Position numbers and translations under genes: made by a program. From positions 1 through 26,177 of the forward strand of contig JBHGAY010000044.1 in the NCBI GenBank assembly GCA_041946735.1: DNA of 26,177 nucleotides, written 5' to 3'. Under the pieces are notes generated by a model. The model was given only the letters and a program-made list of their open reading frames with translations, searched no databases and was not told the origin of the DNA. Numbering within the stretch: position 1 is the stretch's first letter; each line of letters begins with the position of its first letter. Of the stretch, positions 1-8,738 are shown piece after piece. This DNA comes from Candidatus Eiseniibacteriota bacterium (lineage in GTDB: Bacteria; Eisenbacteria; RBG-16-71-46; CAIMUX01; VGJL01).

Positions 1-2
1 GT

Positions 3-698
3 CTGGGAGCGATGGTCTCGCTCCTCTACGTCAACTTGGCCCGTCTCGGATCCTCCTCGCCCGGCGAGGTCGCCGCGCAGGAGAAGATCGAGCGCCTCGA
101 CCTCCGCGGCCTCCTCGCCGTTCTCCGGCAACCGCCGCTGCTCGCCGTCGACGTCGGCATCTTCCTGCTGCACACGATCGTCACGGTCCTGTTCGTCGTG
201 ATGCCGTTCAATCTCGACCGGCTCGTGCCGCCGCATCGAACCTGGGTCATCCTCGTGCCGGCCGTGGCGGTCGGGCTCGTCATCATCCACGCGGTCGGCC
301 GCTACGCGAAACGGGAGCGGACGATCCCGCTCTTCTTCCTCGGGGCGAGCCTTCTGCCGCTCTCGAGCCTCGTGCTGGCGTTCGCGGAGCGCGCCCCGCT
401 GGCCGTGCTGGCCGGCCTGTTGCTGTTCGTGATCGCGATCGCCGTCCTCGAGCCGATCCTGGCGAGCCTCCTCTCGATCTTCTCGGACGGACCGCACCGC
501 GGCACCGCGAGCGGGGTCTACAGCCTCGCGCAATACGGCGGGACGTTCATCGGCGGGGTAGTCGGCGGAGCGTTCCTGCATGGCCGCCAGGGGACGATGT
601 TCCTCGTGCTGTCCCTGACGTCGCTCGCGTGGATGATCGGACTGACGCGGGTCGGGCGGTTGCGGAAGCTAGAGAGCGGCGCGCCCGCGTCCCACTAG
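3..698 (+). CDS. MFS transporter, C-terminal half (5' end outside window)
   Basis: The frame is open from the window edge. It encodes about six hydrophobic helices and an MFS-type late motif (RGTASGVYSLAQYGGTFIGGVVGG). Its stop overlaps the convergent PAP2 gene by 30 nt. Confidence 0.85.
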   Translation: MGAMVSLLYVNLARLGSSSPGEVAAQEKIERLDLRGLLAVLRQPPLLAVDVGIFLLHTIVTVLFVVMPFNLDRLVPPHRTWVILVPAVAVGLVIIHAVGRYAKRERTIPLFFLGASLLPLSSLVLAFAERAPLAVLAGLLLFVIAIAVLEPILASLLSIFSDGPHRGTASGVYSLAQYGGTFIGGVVGGAFLHGRQGTMFLVLSLTSLAWMIGLTRVGRLRKLESGAPASH

Positions 699-1649
699 GA
701 CCCGCCGCGCCTTCCCGAAGACCGGGACCCGAAAGGAAGCGCGCAGGTGCGGGAAGCGGAACCGCATCGGGCCGAGACGCGCGCGCCGCAGCAGCCAGGC
801 GTGGGCGCGCGGGCCGATCAGCGAGAACGCGACGCCGAGGGCGAGGCCGGCGAGGGCGTCGACGCCGTAATGGAATCCACCGTATACCGTCCCGAAGAAG
901 ATGCCGGTCGCGAGCGTCGCCATCAGTGGTAGCAGCGGCCGCTCGAAGCGCGCCGTCATCCACAGGACGGCCACCGCTCCGGCGACGTGCGAGCTGGGGA
1001 ACGCCGCCCCGCGGCTCGCTCCCGAATCGAGGAGCGCGTGGACGAGGGGCGGGAAGAAGCCGCGCGCCGTCTCCTGCCTCGGGAAGACGTAGTACGGCCC
1101 CGCGACCGGGAAGAGGATGAAGATCGCGTAGCAGGCGAAGAACGTGAGCATCACGGTGGTCGCGAAGACGCGGCAGACCTCGGCGCGCCCGCGCAGGTAG
1201 AGCCAGAAGCCCAGGATCGGCACGAGCAGGTAGTAGGTCATGTAGGAGAAGTGCAGGAACTCGCTCAAGAGCCGGCTCGGCAGCCACGACTCGAACAGCA
1301 GGCTCGGGAATCCGCCGAAGAGGGACTGCTCCCACTGGAGCACGGTCGCATCGAAGTAGCCGCTCCAGAGCAGCCGGTTCAAGACGGCGATCTCGCCGTA
1401 GAACAGCGGCAGGAACCACATCGGGTAGGTGTCGCGGAAGAACTGGACGAAGATGTTTCCGCGCCGCGGGAAACAGCCGAGGAGCGCGATCACGGCGACC
1501 ATCCCGACGTGGATCATCAGGTAGACCGATCCGTTCGGGACGCGGTCGTGCGTGAACGCGAGCAGGATCGCGGTCAGTCCGAGGTAGGCGCCGGTGATCA
1601 GATCGAGCGGGTTGTAGCCGCGCAGTCGCGGATGCTCGATCGGAATCAC
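669..1649 (-). CDS. PAP2-superfamily membrane protein of the Aur1/inositol-phosphorylceramide-synthase-like (PAP2_3) type
   Basis: Polytopic protein with motifs D..VLQWEQSLFG, LHFSYMTYY, FPVAGPYY, AAFPSSH and HYGVD. Start reassigned to GTG 1649, which overlaps the upstream TGA (GTGA coupling). The ORF-track extension to 1958 lies inside the SDR gene. Confidence 0.8.
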   Translation of the reverse strand: MIPIEHPRLRGYNPLDLITGAYLGLTAILLAFTHDRVPNGSVYLMIHVGMVAVIALLGCFPRRGNIFVQFFRDTYPMWFLPLFYGEIAVLNRLLWSGYFDATVLQWEQSLFGGFPSLLFESWLPSRLLSEFLHFSYMTYYLLVPILGFWLYLRGRAEVCRVFATTVMLTFFACYAIFILFPVAGPYYVFPRQETARGFFPPLVHALLDSGASRGAAFPSSHVAGAVAVLWMTARFERPLLPLMATLATGIFFGTVYGGFHYGVDALAGLALGVAFSLIGPRAHAWLLRRARLGPMRFRFPHLRASFRVPVFGKARRVLVGRGRAAL

Positions 1650-2692
1650 CGTGCGCCGCGGAGCCAACCCTGCTCCTGGTACCAACGGATCGTCTCCTCG
1701 ATCCCCGCCTCGATGTCGATGCGGGGTTGAAACCCGAATTCCCGCGTCGCTTTCTCGGGCAGGCACGCCCACGACGTCTGCCGCATCTCCCGCAGCTTGT
1801 CGAAGCTGACGAGAGGATCGCGCGGCGAGCCGCGGTGCGGGAGTCGCACGCCGATCTCGCTCGCGAGGGCCCCCAGGTAGGTGAACATCCAGGGGATCCG
1901 TACCGGTCTCGGGTGGACGCCCAGCGCCCTCGCTGCGATGCGACCGACATCCTGCCACGAATAGGCCCGGCCGTCACCGGCATTGTAGATGCCGCGGGCG
2001 CGGGGCTGGTCCAGGGACAGTTGTACGGCTGTCGCGAGGTCGCGGACGTGGACCACGCTGATGCGCATCCCGCCGCCACCGGGAAGCAGCATCCAGCCCC
2101 GCTGCAACCACTGGAAGTACTGGAGGATGCCGCGATCCCGCGGACCGTAGACGACGGGCGGCCGGACGACGACGACCCGTGCCCGCCCCTCGAGGACGCC
2201 GAGCCTGCGCTCCCCTTCGAGCTTGCTGGCGCCGTACGTGCTTACGGGACGCGGATCGTCCTCCTCGCGGACGTGCGGGAACGGTGCGCGGTCGAGCCGC
2301 GGCGCCGGCCCGCAGGCGGCCAGGCTGCTGCAGTACAGGAAGAAGCCGGACCCGTCCGCCGGGGCGGCGCTGGCGAAGGCTCGGGCGAGCGCCTCGGTGC
2401 CGTCCGCGTTCGCCTCGAAGAACTCGCGAGCGGAGCGTGCCGCGATCTTTCCTCCGAAGTGGAGGACGGCCCGCGTTCCGGCGACGGCGGCGCGAAGCCG
2501 CTCCGGGTCGCGAAGATCCGCCTCGACCATCTCGACCGGCTTGCCAGCCAGCCATCTCAGGCTGCTCGTCTTGCGGACGATCGCCCGCACGGCCACGCCG
2601 CTCGCGAGCAGCCGGTCGACGACATGGCTCCCGACGAAGCCGGTCGCGCCGGTCACGAGGACGGGGAGCGAGGAGGATGAGACTTGCGGCAT
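1646..2692 (-). CDS. NAD(P)-dependent epimerase/dehydratase (extended SDR); candidate ceramide reductase (CerR-like)
   Basis: Rossmann motif VLVTGATGFVG, catalytic Ser region SSLAA, YGASK (YxxxK) and RPPVVYGP. The CerR role is inferred from gene context only. Confidence 0.85.
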   Translation of the reverse strand: MPQVSSSSLPVLVTGATGFVGSHVVDRLLASGVAVRAIVRKTSSLRWLAGKPVEMVEADLRDPERLRAAVAGTRAVLHFGGKIAARSAREFFEANADGTEALARAFASAAPADGSGFFLYCSSLAACGPAPRLDRAPFPHVREEDDPRPVSTYGASKLEGERRLGVLEGRARVVVVRPPVVYGPRDRGILQYFQWLQRGWMLLPGGGGMRISVVHVRDLATAVQLSLDQPRARGIYNAGDGRAYSWQDVGRIAARALGVHPRPVRIPWMFTYLGALASEIGVRLPHRGSPRDPLVSFDKLREMRQTSWACLPEKATREFGFQPRIDIEAGIEETIRWYQEQGWLRGAR

Positions 2693-2772
2693 GGCGGCGG
2701 TCCCTTCACTTCATTGCGGCGGCGGCGCCGGCAGTCAGCGCGGTCCTAGGCCCCCCGCGCCGCGACTGGAGC

Positions 2773-3897
2773 TCAGGCGAGCGGCCTCTCGTAAAAGCGG
2801 TAGGTCTTGTAGACCTTCGCGCCGATCCTCTCCAGCGGGCGCCGGATCGCCACGTTGTCCTCGAGGATCCAGGAGAACTCGCCTTCGTGGTAGCCGCGCC
2901 GCGTCCCGTTCTTGAAGAGCTGCAGGTAGAGCAGCACGTCGAGGCCTCGCCCGCGGTGGGCCTCCAGGATGCCGAGGATCAGCACCCGCACTTTGTGGAT
3001 CTTCCGCGCGTGATAGAGGATCTTGAGCAGCCCGAACGGGAAGAGCCGCCCGTTCGCGTGCCGCAGCGCCTGGTTCAGATCCGGGAGCGCCATGGCGAAG
3101 CCGATCGGCTCCCCCTCCTTCTCGAGGAAGAGGATCATCTCCGGATCGACAGCGGCCTTCAGTTCCTTGGCCATATGAGCGATCTCGTGCTCCGTCATCG
3201 GGACGAAGCCCCAGTTCCGCTCCCACGCCTGGTTGTAGACCTTGCTGAAACGGTCCACCTCTTCGCCGAACCGCTTCTTGTCGAGCGAGCGGATCTCCAC
3301 GTTCTCTCGGCGCCGGATCTCCTCCGATAGGCGCAGAAGTCGTTCCGGCACTCCCTCGTCCCGGAGGAGGTAGGCGACCAGGTCCTTCGCCTTCGCGAAG
3401 CCCGCCTTCTCGAGAAGCGCCGGGTAGTAGGCCGGGTTGTACGGCATCATCACGCAGGGCGAGGAGTCGAAGCCGTCGACGAGCATGGCGCACTCCTCGT
3501 TCGTCGAGAAGTTCGCGGGCCCGCGCAGGGTGAGCATCCCGCGCTCCTTCGCCCAGCGAGCGGCGGTCTCGAGGAGGGCTCCCGAGACGAGCGGGTCGTC
3601 GATCGAGTCGAAGAAGCCGAAGAAGGCGGTCTGCTCTCCCTGGAACTCGTTGTGCGCGCGGTTCACGATTCCCGCGATCCGGCCGACCGGCTCGCCGTCG
3701 CGATACGCCATCCAGAGCGCGACCTCGCCGTGCTCGTGGAACGGGTGCTTCCCGGGCGTCAGCATCTTCTTCGTGTCGCCGATCAGCGGCGGCACCCAGT
3801 AGGGATCGTCCCGATAGATCCGCCAGGGGAAGGTGACGAAACGATGGAGGTCGGAACCTCCGGTAATCGCGCGGATGTGGACGTCTGGCACCGGCAT
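2773..3897 (-). CDS. GNAT-fold N-acyltransferase, YghO/bacterial ceramide synthase (bCerS)-like
   Basis: Family motifs DPYWVPPL, GRIAG, FFGFF, GPANFSTNEE..MLVDGF, MPYNPAYY, NQAWERNWGFVP, SWILEDN and YKTYRFY. The start is set at ATG 3897 (MPVPDV) because a promoter match lies immediately upstream. Confidence 0.8.
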   Translation of the reverse strand: MPVPDVHIRAITGGSDLHRFVTFPWRIYRDDPYWVPPLIGDTKKMLTPGKHPFHEHGEVALWMAYRDGEPVGRIAGIVNRAHNEFQGEQTAFFGFFDSIDDPLVSGALLETAARWAKERGMLTLRGPANFSTNEECAMLVDGFDSSPCVMMPYNPAYYPALLEKAGFAKAKDLVAYLLRDEGVPERLLRLSEEIRRRENVEIRSLDKKRFGEEVDRFSKVYNQAWERNWGFVPMTEHEIAHMAKELKAAVDPEMILFLEKEGEPIGFAMALPDLNQALRHANGRLFPFGLLKILYHARKIHKVRVLILGILEAHRGRGLDVLLYLQLFKNGTRRGYHEGEFSWILEDNVAIRRPLERIGAKVYKTYRFYERPLA

Positions 3898-3905
3898 GCG
3901 AACGA

Positions 3906-3934
3906 AGGATAGGGATGGTTCCCAGGCGCGGCAA
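3906..3934 (-). promoter_or_regulatory. sigma70-type promoter of the GNAT-SDR-PAP2 run (probably near-leaderless mRNA)
   Basis: The minus strand reads TTGCCG-N17-TATCCT, ending 8 nt before ATG 3897. No Shine-Dalgarno sequence is present. Confidence 0.5.
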
Positions 3935-4142
3935 GGTGAAAGGAGAGAAGCCGGTAGCGAGCCGGTAGCATGCCGGTGGCGCGCCGCGATGAGCCGGCCG
4001 CGAGCCGACATCAAGGCGGCAGGGAGCCGGCACCGAGACCGCGTAGGTCGTCCCGCCGAGCCGCGCTACACTCGCCTTCGTCTCGAATGGACACAAACCG
4101 GATCCCGGCCGGGCATACCCCGAAGGAACCTGGAGGAAACGC

Positions 4143-4649
4143 ATGCAGCCCCGATCCCCCGTCCCGTTCGCCTCCGCCGGTGTACGCGCGCTGGTGCGCC
4201 TCCATGAGGAGGAGCTGCAGAAGCTCCTCGACGCGTGGCGCGACGCCAAAGCGGCGGGAGTGACGCTTCCTAAGAGCTCTGATCCCGCCTACGCGAATCT
4301 CGACGCCCTGATCGCCCATCCGTTGCGTTCCGCCCGGGGCTACGTCACCTGGATCTGCGACAAGCTCGGATTCCCGCCGCCGCAGATTCCCGAGCCGCCG
4401 GCGCCCGAGCGCGTCGAGCTGGAGGCGGAGACATATCTCGACGCTCTCTTTCGCGGCTGGGAGGACTCCCTTGCGCCGCTGACCGACGAGATCCTCGATG
4501 CCAACGAGGTGTACCCGGCGCGCTGGGGCACGCCGATGGCGATCGAGGCGATGCTCGAACACGCGGTCGTCCACCCGATGCGACACCGGGCGCAGCTGGT
4601 CCGGCTGCTTTGGGAGCAGCGCGCGGCCGAGGAGGAGCCGGACATGTAG
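4143..4649 (+). CDS. DinB/YfiT-like four-helix-bundle metal-binding protein
   Basis: GGAGG RBS. An N-terminal-half His (LIAHPL) plus C-terminal HAVVHPMRHRAQL gives the His-triad pattern of the DinB superfamily. Confidence 0.7.
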   Translation: MQPRSPVPFASAGVRALVRLHEEELQKLLDAWRDAKAAGVTLPKSSDPAYANLDALIAHPLRSARGYVTWICDKLGFPPPQIPEPPAPERVELEAETYLDALFRGWEDSLAPLTDEILDANEVYPARWGTPMAIEAMLEHAVVHPMRHRAQLVRLLWEQRAAEEEPDM

Positions 4650-4770
4650 GTGGACTGCGGGGCGCCGCTGCGGCGCAGCACTCACGCCGCCGCGCCGCCG
4701 CTCCCTCGCACCGCCGCACCGCGAGGCGCAAACCCCGCCGCGGTATGCCGCACGATGCCGTCCCGCGCTG

Positions 4771-4779
4771 TGCTATGAT
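4771..4779 (+). promoter_or_regulatory. extended -10 promoter element upstream of greA-like gene
   Basis: TGCTATGAT (TGn-TATGAT) about 45 nt upstream of ATG 4824. Confidence 0.4.
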
Positions 4780-4823
4780 CCGCTCTCCGGGTTCGCCGTC
4801 CACCTATCGACTGAAGGAATTCC

Positions 4824-7658
4824 ATGGAAGCCTACGACCTGCGCGAAAAGATCCAGGAAGCTGCGTTGTTCTCTTTCGAAGAGGGTTCTCCCGAACCGTT
4901 CGAAGCTCTCGACCGGCTGCTCGAGGCGGTCGAGGAGACACGCCAGACACAGGGCCTCGCCGAGATCTCCGGCGAGGCCCTTTCGCAACAGCCGCTCGAC
5001 CCCGTCCGGTACTACCTGCACGGCTTCGCCCTCGTGAAGCTCGGGCAGGCCGATCAGGCGACGAAGGTGCTGCAGTCGCTCTGCTCGCGCCTCGAGCAGG
5101 AGGGCAAGTGGGGACTGCTCGGGCGCCTGCTGCCGCGCATCCTCGACGCCGCCCCCTCGGTCGAGGTCGCCCGCTGCCTTGCGAAGGCGGGGGAGACCGC
5201 CGGCGTCGGGCAGCTCGATCCGGAGGCGATCGAGAAGGCCTACACGCTCTATCCGGACGAGGAGCGGCTCGCCTACCTGATGGGGGAGCTCGAGGCCCAG
5301 CGCAACGAGGGCGAACGGGCGCTCGACTACTGGGCGGACAGTCTCGACGGCTTCGTGGGGCTCCGGCGTTACGACCGGCTCGAGGAGGCGCTGCTGAAGG
5401 TGGCGGCGTCGGAAAATCCCGAGCATCAGGCCCACGTCGTCCACGTCTTGAAGCGGCTCGCGGAGCAGAACCAGTGGAACCGGTTCGGATCGTTCCTCGA
5501 GATCGCCCACGACGGTCTGCTCGCCTCAGGCCAGCTCCCGGAGGTCTGGAAGATCGTCCTCAACCACTTCGCGAAGGCGCCGGAGGAGGCGGGACTGCGC
5601 AAGTGGATCCGCCAGCTCGCGCCCGAGGTGTTTCCGGCGGCCGAAGGGATCCTCGATCTGCTCGGCCGCTCCGGGATCCTCGATGCGCAGATGCGCGCCG
5701 AGACGGCGCTCAAGCAGCTTCAGACGCTCCTCGAGTTCGCCCCCGGCTTCCACGTCCTGCATGATTCCTGGGGGATCGGCCGCATCCGCCTGAACGACGG
5801 CGACACCCTCGTCGTCGACTTCCGGACGACGAAGAACCACCGGATGAAGCTCACGCTCGCGCGCCGGGCGCTGACGGTGATCCCGCCGGACGACCTGCGG
5901 GTCCTGCATAGCGAGGATCCGGCCGAGCTGAAGCGGCTGTTGCGCGAGAACCCGTCGGAGGTGATCGTGCGCGCCCTGCGGACGATGAAGGGCGAGGCGA
6001 CGACGCAGGATCTGCGCCGCAATCTGGTCGGTCAGGGGATCGTGTCGGCGGGAAGCTGGACCTCCTGGTGGAAGGAAGCGCGCGCGTCGCTCGAGAGCGA
6101 CGACAGGATCGATCTGACCCAGAGCTTCCGGCAGCTCTATCGCCTCAAGACCGAGGCGGCCGACGAGGACCGGATGCCGCTGCCCGCGATCGAGCCGAAG
6201 CGGGGGATCCGGCCGAATCTGAACCTGATCCGCCGTTTCCTCGAGCAGCATCCCGACGAGGCGGGACGGGCCGCCCGCCTCTACACGCCGATCCTGGAGC
6301 GCTGGGCGAAGGACGATAGGACTTCCGCCGAGGACAAGATGGCGGTGGGGCTGCAGCTCGAGCGATGGCGCCAGGAGATCCGCGCCGACTTCATGGACGC
6401 GTTGCGGGCCTGCCTCGAGTCGAACGTCGAGATGTCCTCCTTCGCGGACCTCGAGGACCAGAAGCTGCTCACCCGAGTCGCGCTGGAGAACGAGGGACTG
6501 TGGAAGCGCGGCGCTGTCATGGCGCTGTCGTCGCGATCTCCGGAGGTCCGGGAGATGGCGCGCGAGCGGATGCGCCAGGATCCCGAGGAGTCGCGGTCGG
6601 TCCTGAACGAGCTGCTCGCCGATCCGATCGAGCGGCCGCTCGCCTCGCTCGCCGCCTTCGATCTCACGCTCGAGGATCCGCCGGAGCCGTTCGCGCCCGA
6701 CCCGTGGCTGACGGCCCTGGCGGCGACGCAGATGGTCGACGCGGCGTCGAAGGAGCCGCTGCGAAAGCAGGCGCTCGCCTGGCTTTCGCCCAGCGGACCG
6801 CTGGCGGCGAAGCTCCAGCGGGAGGCCGTCCCGCCCGGCAACGCGGAGCGTTGGCTCACCATGCTGCGCCGCTGGCGCTCTTCGGAGAGATACCTGCAGC
6901 CGGTGCTGGCATTCCTGAACGCGACGGGACAGGAGGGGGTCGTCCAGGAGGTTCGGAGCGCGCACGCCGAGCGGACCGACCGGATCCTGGGCGCGGCGGC
7001 CTCGAACACGACCGACTATCGCGGGCACCTGATGACGCGCGGCACGTACCGGAAGGTGCTGCACGAGCGCAACTGGCTCGTCCAGGAGCTGAAGACGACG
7101 CTCCCGAAGACGATCCAGAAGGCGCGGGAGCTGGGCGACCTGTCGGAGAACGCCGAGTACCACTCGGCGAAGATGAAGCAGGCCGACTTTGCGCGGAGGG
7201 CGGTCGAGCTGACCGAACGGCTCGCGCGTGCGCGGATCATCGAGGACATGAAGATCCCGTCGGGAGAAGCCGCCCCGGGGACCGAGATCGAGGTGCTCGA
7301 CGTCGCGACGAACCAGCCGCGCATCTACTGGCTGCTCGGCGAGGGCGACGACTGGATCGCCTCGAACGTCATTTCCTATGCCGCTCCGCTCGGGCGCAGC
7401 CTGCTCGGGAAGAAGGTGGGCGACCGCGTGAGCGTCATCGGCAGCGACGCAGTGCACGAGCTGTCGGTGAGGAGCGTGAAGCCGAAGCTGCCGCAGCCCG
7501 AGGCGGTGGGGGTGGCCGAGGAGCAGGAGCCCGAGCCGGAGGTCAGCGAGCAGGAAGTGAGCGAGATCGTGCGCGGGATCGAGCAGGAGGACGGGGCCGG
7601 CAGCGGCGGCAACGGGAGCAGCGGCGGCGCGGGCGGCGTGAGCGGGTCGAGCGGTTGA
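4824..7658 (+). CDS. greA: Long-form transcription elongation factor GreA (large helical N-terminal extension plus C-terminal GreA/GreB domain)
   Basis: The C-terminal region has ARELGDLSENAEYHSAK (both catalytic acidic residues) and ISYAAPLGRSLLGKKVGD. About 740 aa precede it, and an acidic plus Gly/Ser-rich tail follows. Confidence 0.85.
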   Translation: MEAYDLREKIQEAALFSFEEGSPEPFEALDRLLEAVEETRQTQGLAEISGEALSQQPLDPVRYYLHGFALVKLGQADQATKVLQSLCSRLEQEGKWGLLGRLLPRILDAAPSVEVARCLAKAGETAGVGQLDPEAIEKAYTLYPDEERLAYLMGELEAQRNEGERALDYWADSLDGFVGLRRYDRLEEALLKVAASENPEHQAHVVHVLKRLAEQNQWNRFGSFLEIAHDGLLASGQLPEVWKIVLNHFAKAPEEAGLRKWIRQLAPEVFPAAEGILDLLGRSGILDAQMRAETALKQLQTLLEFAPGFHVLHDSWGIGRIRLNDGDTLVVDFRTTKNHRMKLTLARRALTVIPPDDLRVLHSEDPAELKRLLRENPSEVIVRALRTMKGEATTQDLRRNLVGQGIVSAGSWTSWWKEARASLESDDRIDLTQSFRQLYRLKTEAADEDRMPLPAIEPKRGIRPNLNLIRRFLEQHPDEAGRAARLYTPILERWAKDDRTSAEDKMAVGLQLERWRQEIRADFMDALRACLESNVEMSSFADLEDQKLLTRVALENEGLWKRGAVMALSSRSPEVREMARERMRQDPEESRSVLNELLADPIERPLASLAAFDLTLEDPPEPFAPDPWLTALAATQMVDAASKEPLRKQALAWLSPSGPLAAKLQREAVPPGNAERWLTMLRRWRSSERYLQPVLAFLNATGQEGVVQEVRSAHAERTDRILGAAASNTTDYRGHLMTRGTYRKVLHERNWLVQELKTTLPKTIQKARELGDLSENAEYHSAKMKQADFARRAVELTERLARARIIEDMKIPSGEAAPGTEIEVLDVATNQPRIYWLLGEGDDWIASNVISYAAPLGRSLLGKKVGDRVSVIGSDAVHELSVRSVKPKLPQPEAVGVAEEQEPEPEVSEQEVSEIVRGIEQEDGAGSGGNGSSGGAGGVSGSSG

Positions 7659-7659
7659 G

Positions 7660-8349
7660 GTGGGCGCCAGCCGGTTCGCGGCCGTCCTCTTCGACCTGGA
7701 CGGCACGCTGGTCGAGACGCGCCGGGACATCGCGACCGGCCTGAATCTCGTCCTCGCCGAGCGGGGACTGCCGCAGCTCCCGGTCGAGCAGGTCGCGAAG
7801 CACGTCGGCCGCGGCGGGCGCGTCCTCGTGGCGCGCTGCCTCGAGGACGCGGGCTTGCGTGATGCCGGACCCGAGGAGGTCGAGGCGGCCTTCCAGTCCT
7901 TCCGGCGCCACTACCTCGAGCACGCCCTCGACACCACGCGCCCCTTCGACGGCATTCCGGAGATGCTCGCGCGGTTGCGCGAAGCCGGCTGCCGGCTCGC
8001 CGTCGTCACGAACAAGCCCGACGAGTCGGCGCGCGTGGTCATCGAGGGTGTCGGCCTGGGATGGGCGTTCGAGGTGATCGTGGGGGGCGAAAGCCTGACG
8101 GCTCGCAAGCCGGATCCGGCGCCGCTCTTCTTCGCGCTCGAGAAGTTGGGGTTGTCGGGGCGGCCGGCCGTGATGGTCGGCGACTCGACGGTGGACGTCG
8201 CGGCCGGGAAAGCGGCGGACGGTTGCGCGGTCGCTGCCGTCACGTGGGGGTACGGTTCGCGCGAGAGCCTGGAGGCGAGCGGGCCGGACCTTCTGGCGGA
8301 CGATCCGGCCGCGCTGGCCGACTGGATTCTTGAACCCCTGAAGCGCTAG
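7660..8349 (+). CDS. gph: HAD-superfamily hydrolase, phosphoglycolate phosphatase-like
   Basis: Motifs FDLDGTL, VVTNK, RKPDPAP, MVGDSTVD and VTWGYG. It starts 1 nt after the greA stop. Confidence 0.85.
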   Translation: MGASRFAAVLFDLDGTLVETRRDIATGLNLVLAERGLPQLPVEQVAKHVGRGGRVLVARCLEDAGLRDAGPEEVEAAFQSFRRHYLEHALDTTRPFDGIPEMLARLREAGCRLAVVTNKPDESARVVIEGVGLGWAFEVIVGGESLTARKPDPAPLFFALEKLGLSGRPAVMVGDSTVDVAAGKAADGCAVAAVTWGYGSRESLEASGPDLLADDPAALADWILEPLKR

Positions 8350-8416
8350 GCCTCCCCGCCTCCCGCTCCCGCGCGTTCACGGCCCTCTGCTCTCGCGCTC
8401 CCTGGTGCCGAAAGCA

Positions 8417-8641
8417 TCAGGGCCGGGCGTGGATCGCCGAGAGAACCTCCTCGGGCTTCGGGAAGCGTCCCTCCTTCTTCTTCGAAAAGATCAGCTTCCC
8501 ATCGGCCATGATCTCGAAGACTCCTCCCGAACTGGGGATCAGCTCCGGGCGCACCCGAAGCTCCTTCTCGATGTCGTCCGCCAAACTGGCGGCGCGTCCT
8601 TCGTAGCCTCAAGCCGTGCAGTATTCGATCGAGATCCTCAT
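8417..8641 (-). CDS. Rdx-family (SelW/SelT/SelH-like) selenoprotein, 74 aa, UGA at codon 11 read as Sec
   Basis: Manual translation through TGA 8609-8611 gives MRISIEYCTA-U-GYEGRAASLADDIEKELRVRPELIPSSGGVFEIMADGKLIFSKKKEGRFPKPEEVLSAIHARP. This has CxxU plus the Rdx motif GGVFEI..DG.LIFSK....RFP. GGAGG RBS is 5 nt upstream of ATG 8641. Confidence 0.92.
8578..8592 (-). promoter_or_regulatory. Candidate bacterial SECIS apical hairpin
   Basis: CCGCCA-GTT-TGGCGG on the coding strand, beginning 16 nt downstream of the UGA. The loop starts with G. Confidence 0.7.
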
Positions 8642-8738
8642 GGCGCCTCCCTCCCTCGCTCTGCCTCGCTCTTTCGTTCGATGCGGCCGGAAAGTCCTGT
8701 GGGTGTGCGGGTAAGGCCAGAGTAGCACGGGAGCGGCG

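Noticed and set aside
5526..7730. Long antisense or alternate-frame ORFs (e.g. 5526-7730, 547-2079, 2735-4249, 11901-13694, 20882-22612, 21187-22932)
   Set aside because: They overlap well-supported genes and are Arg/Pro/Ala-rich with no motifs. They are the shadow ORFs expected from high-GC codon bias.
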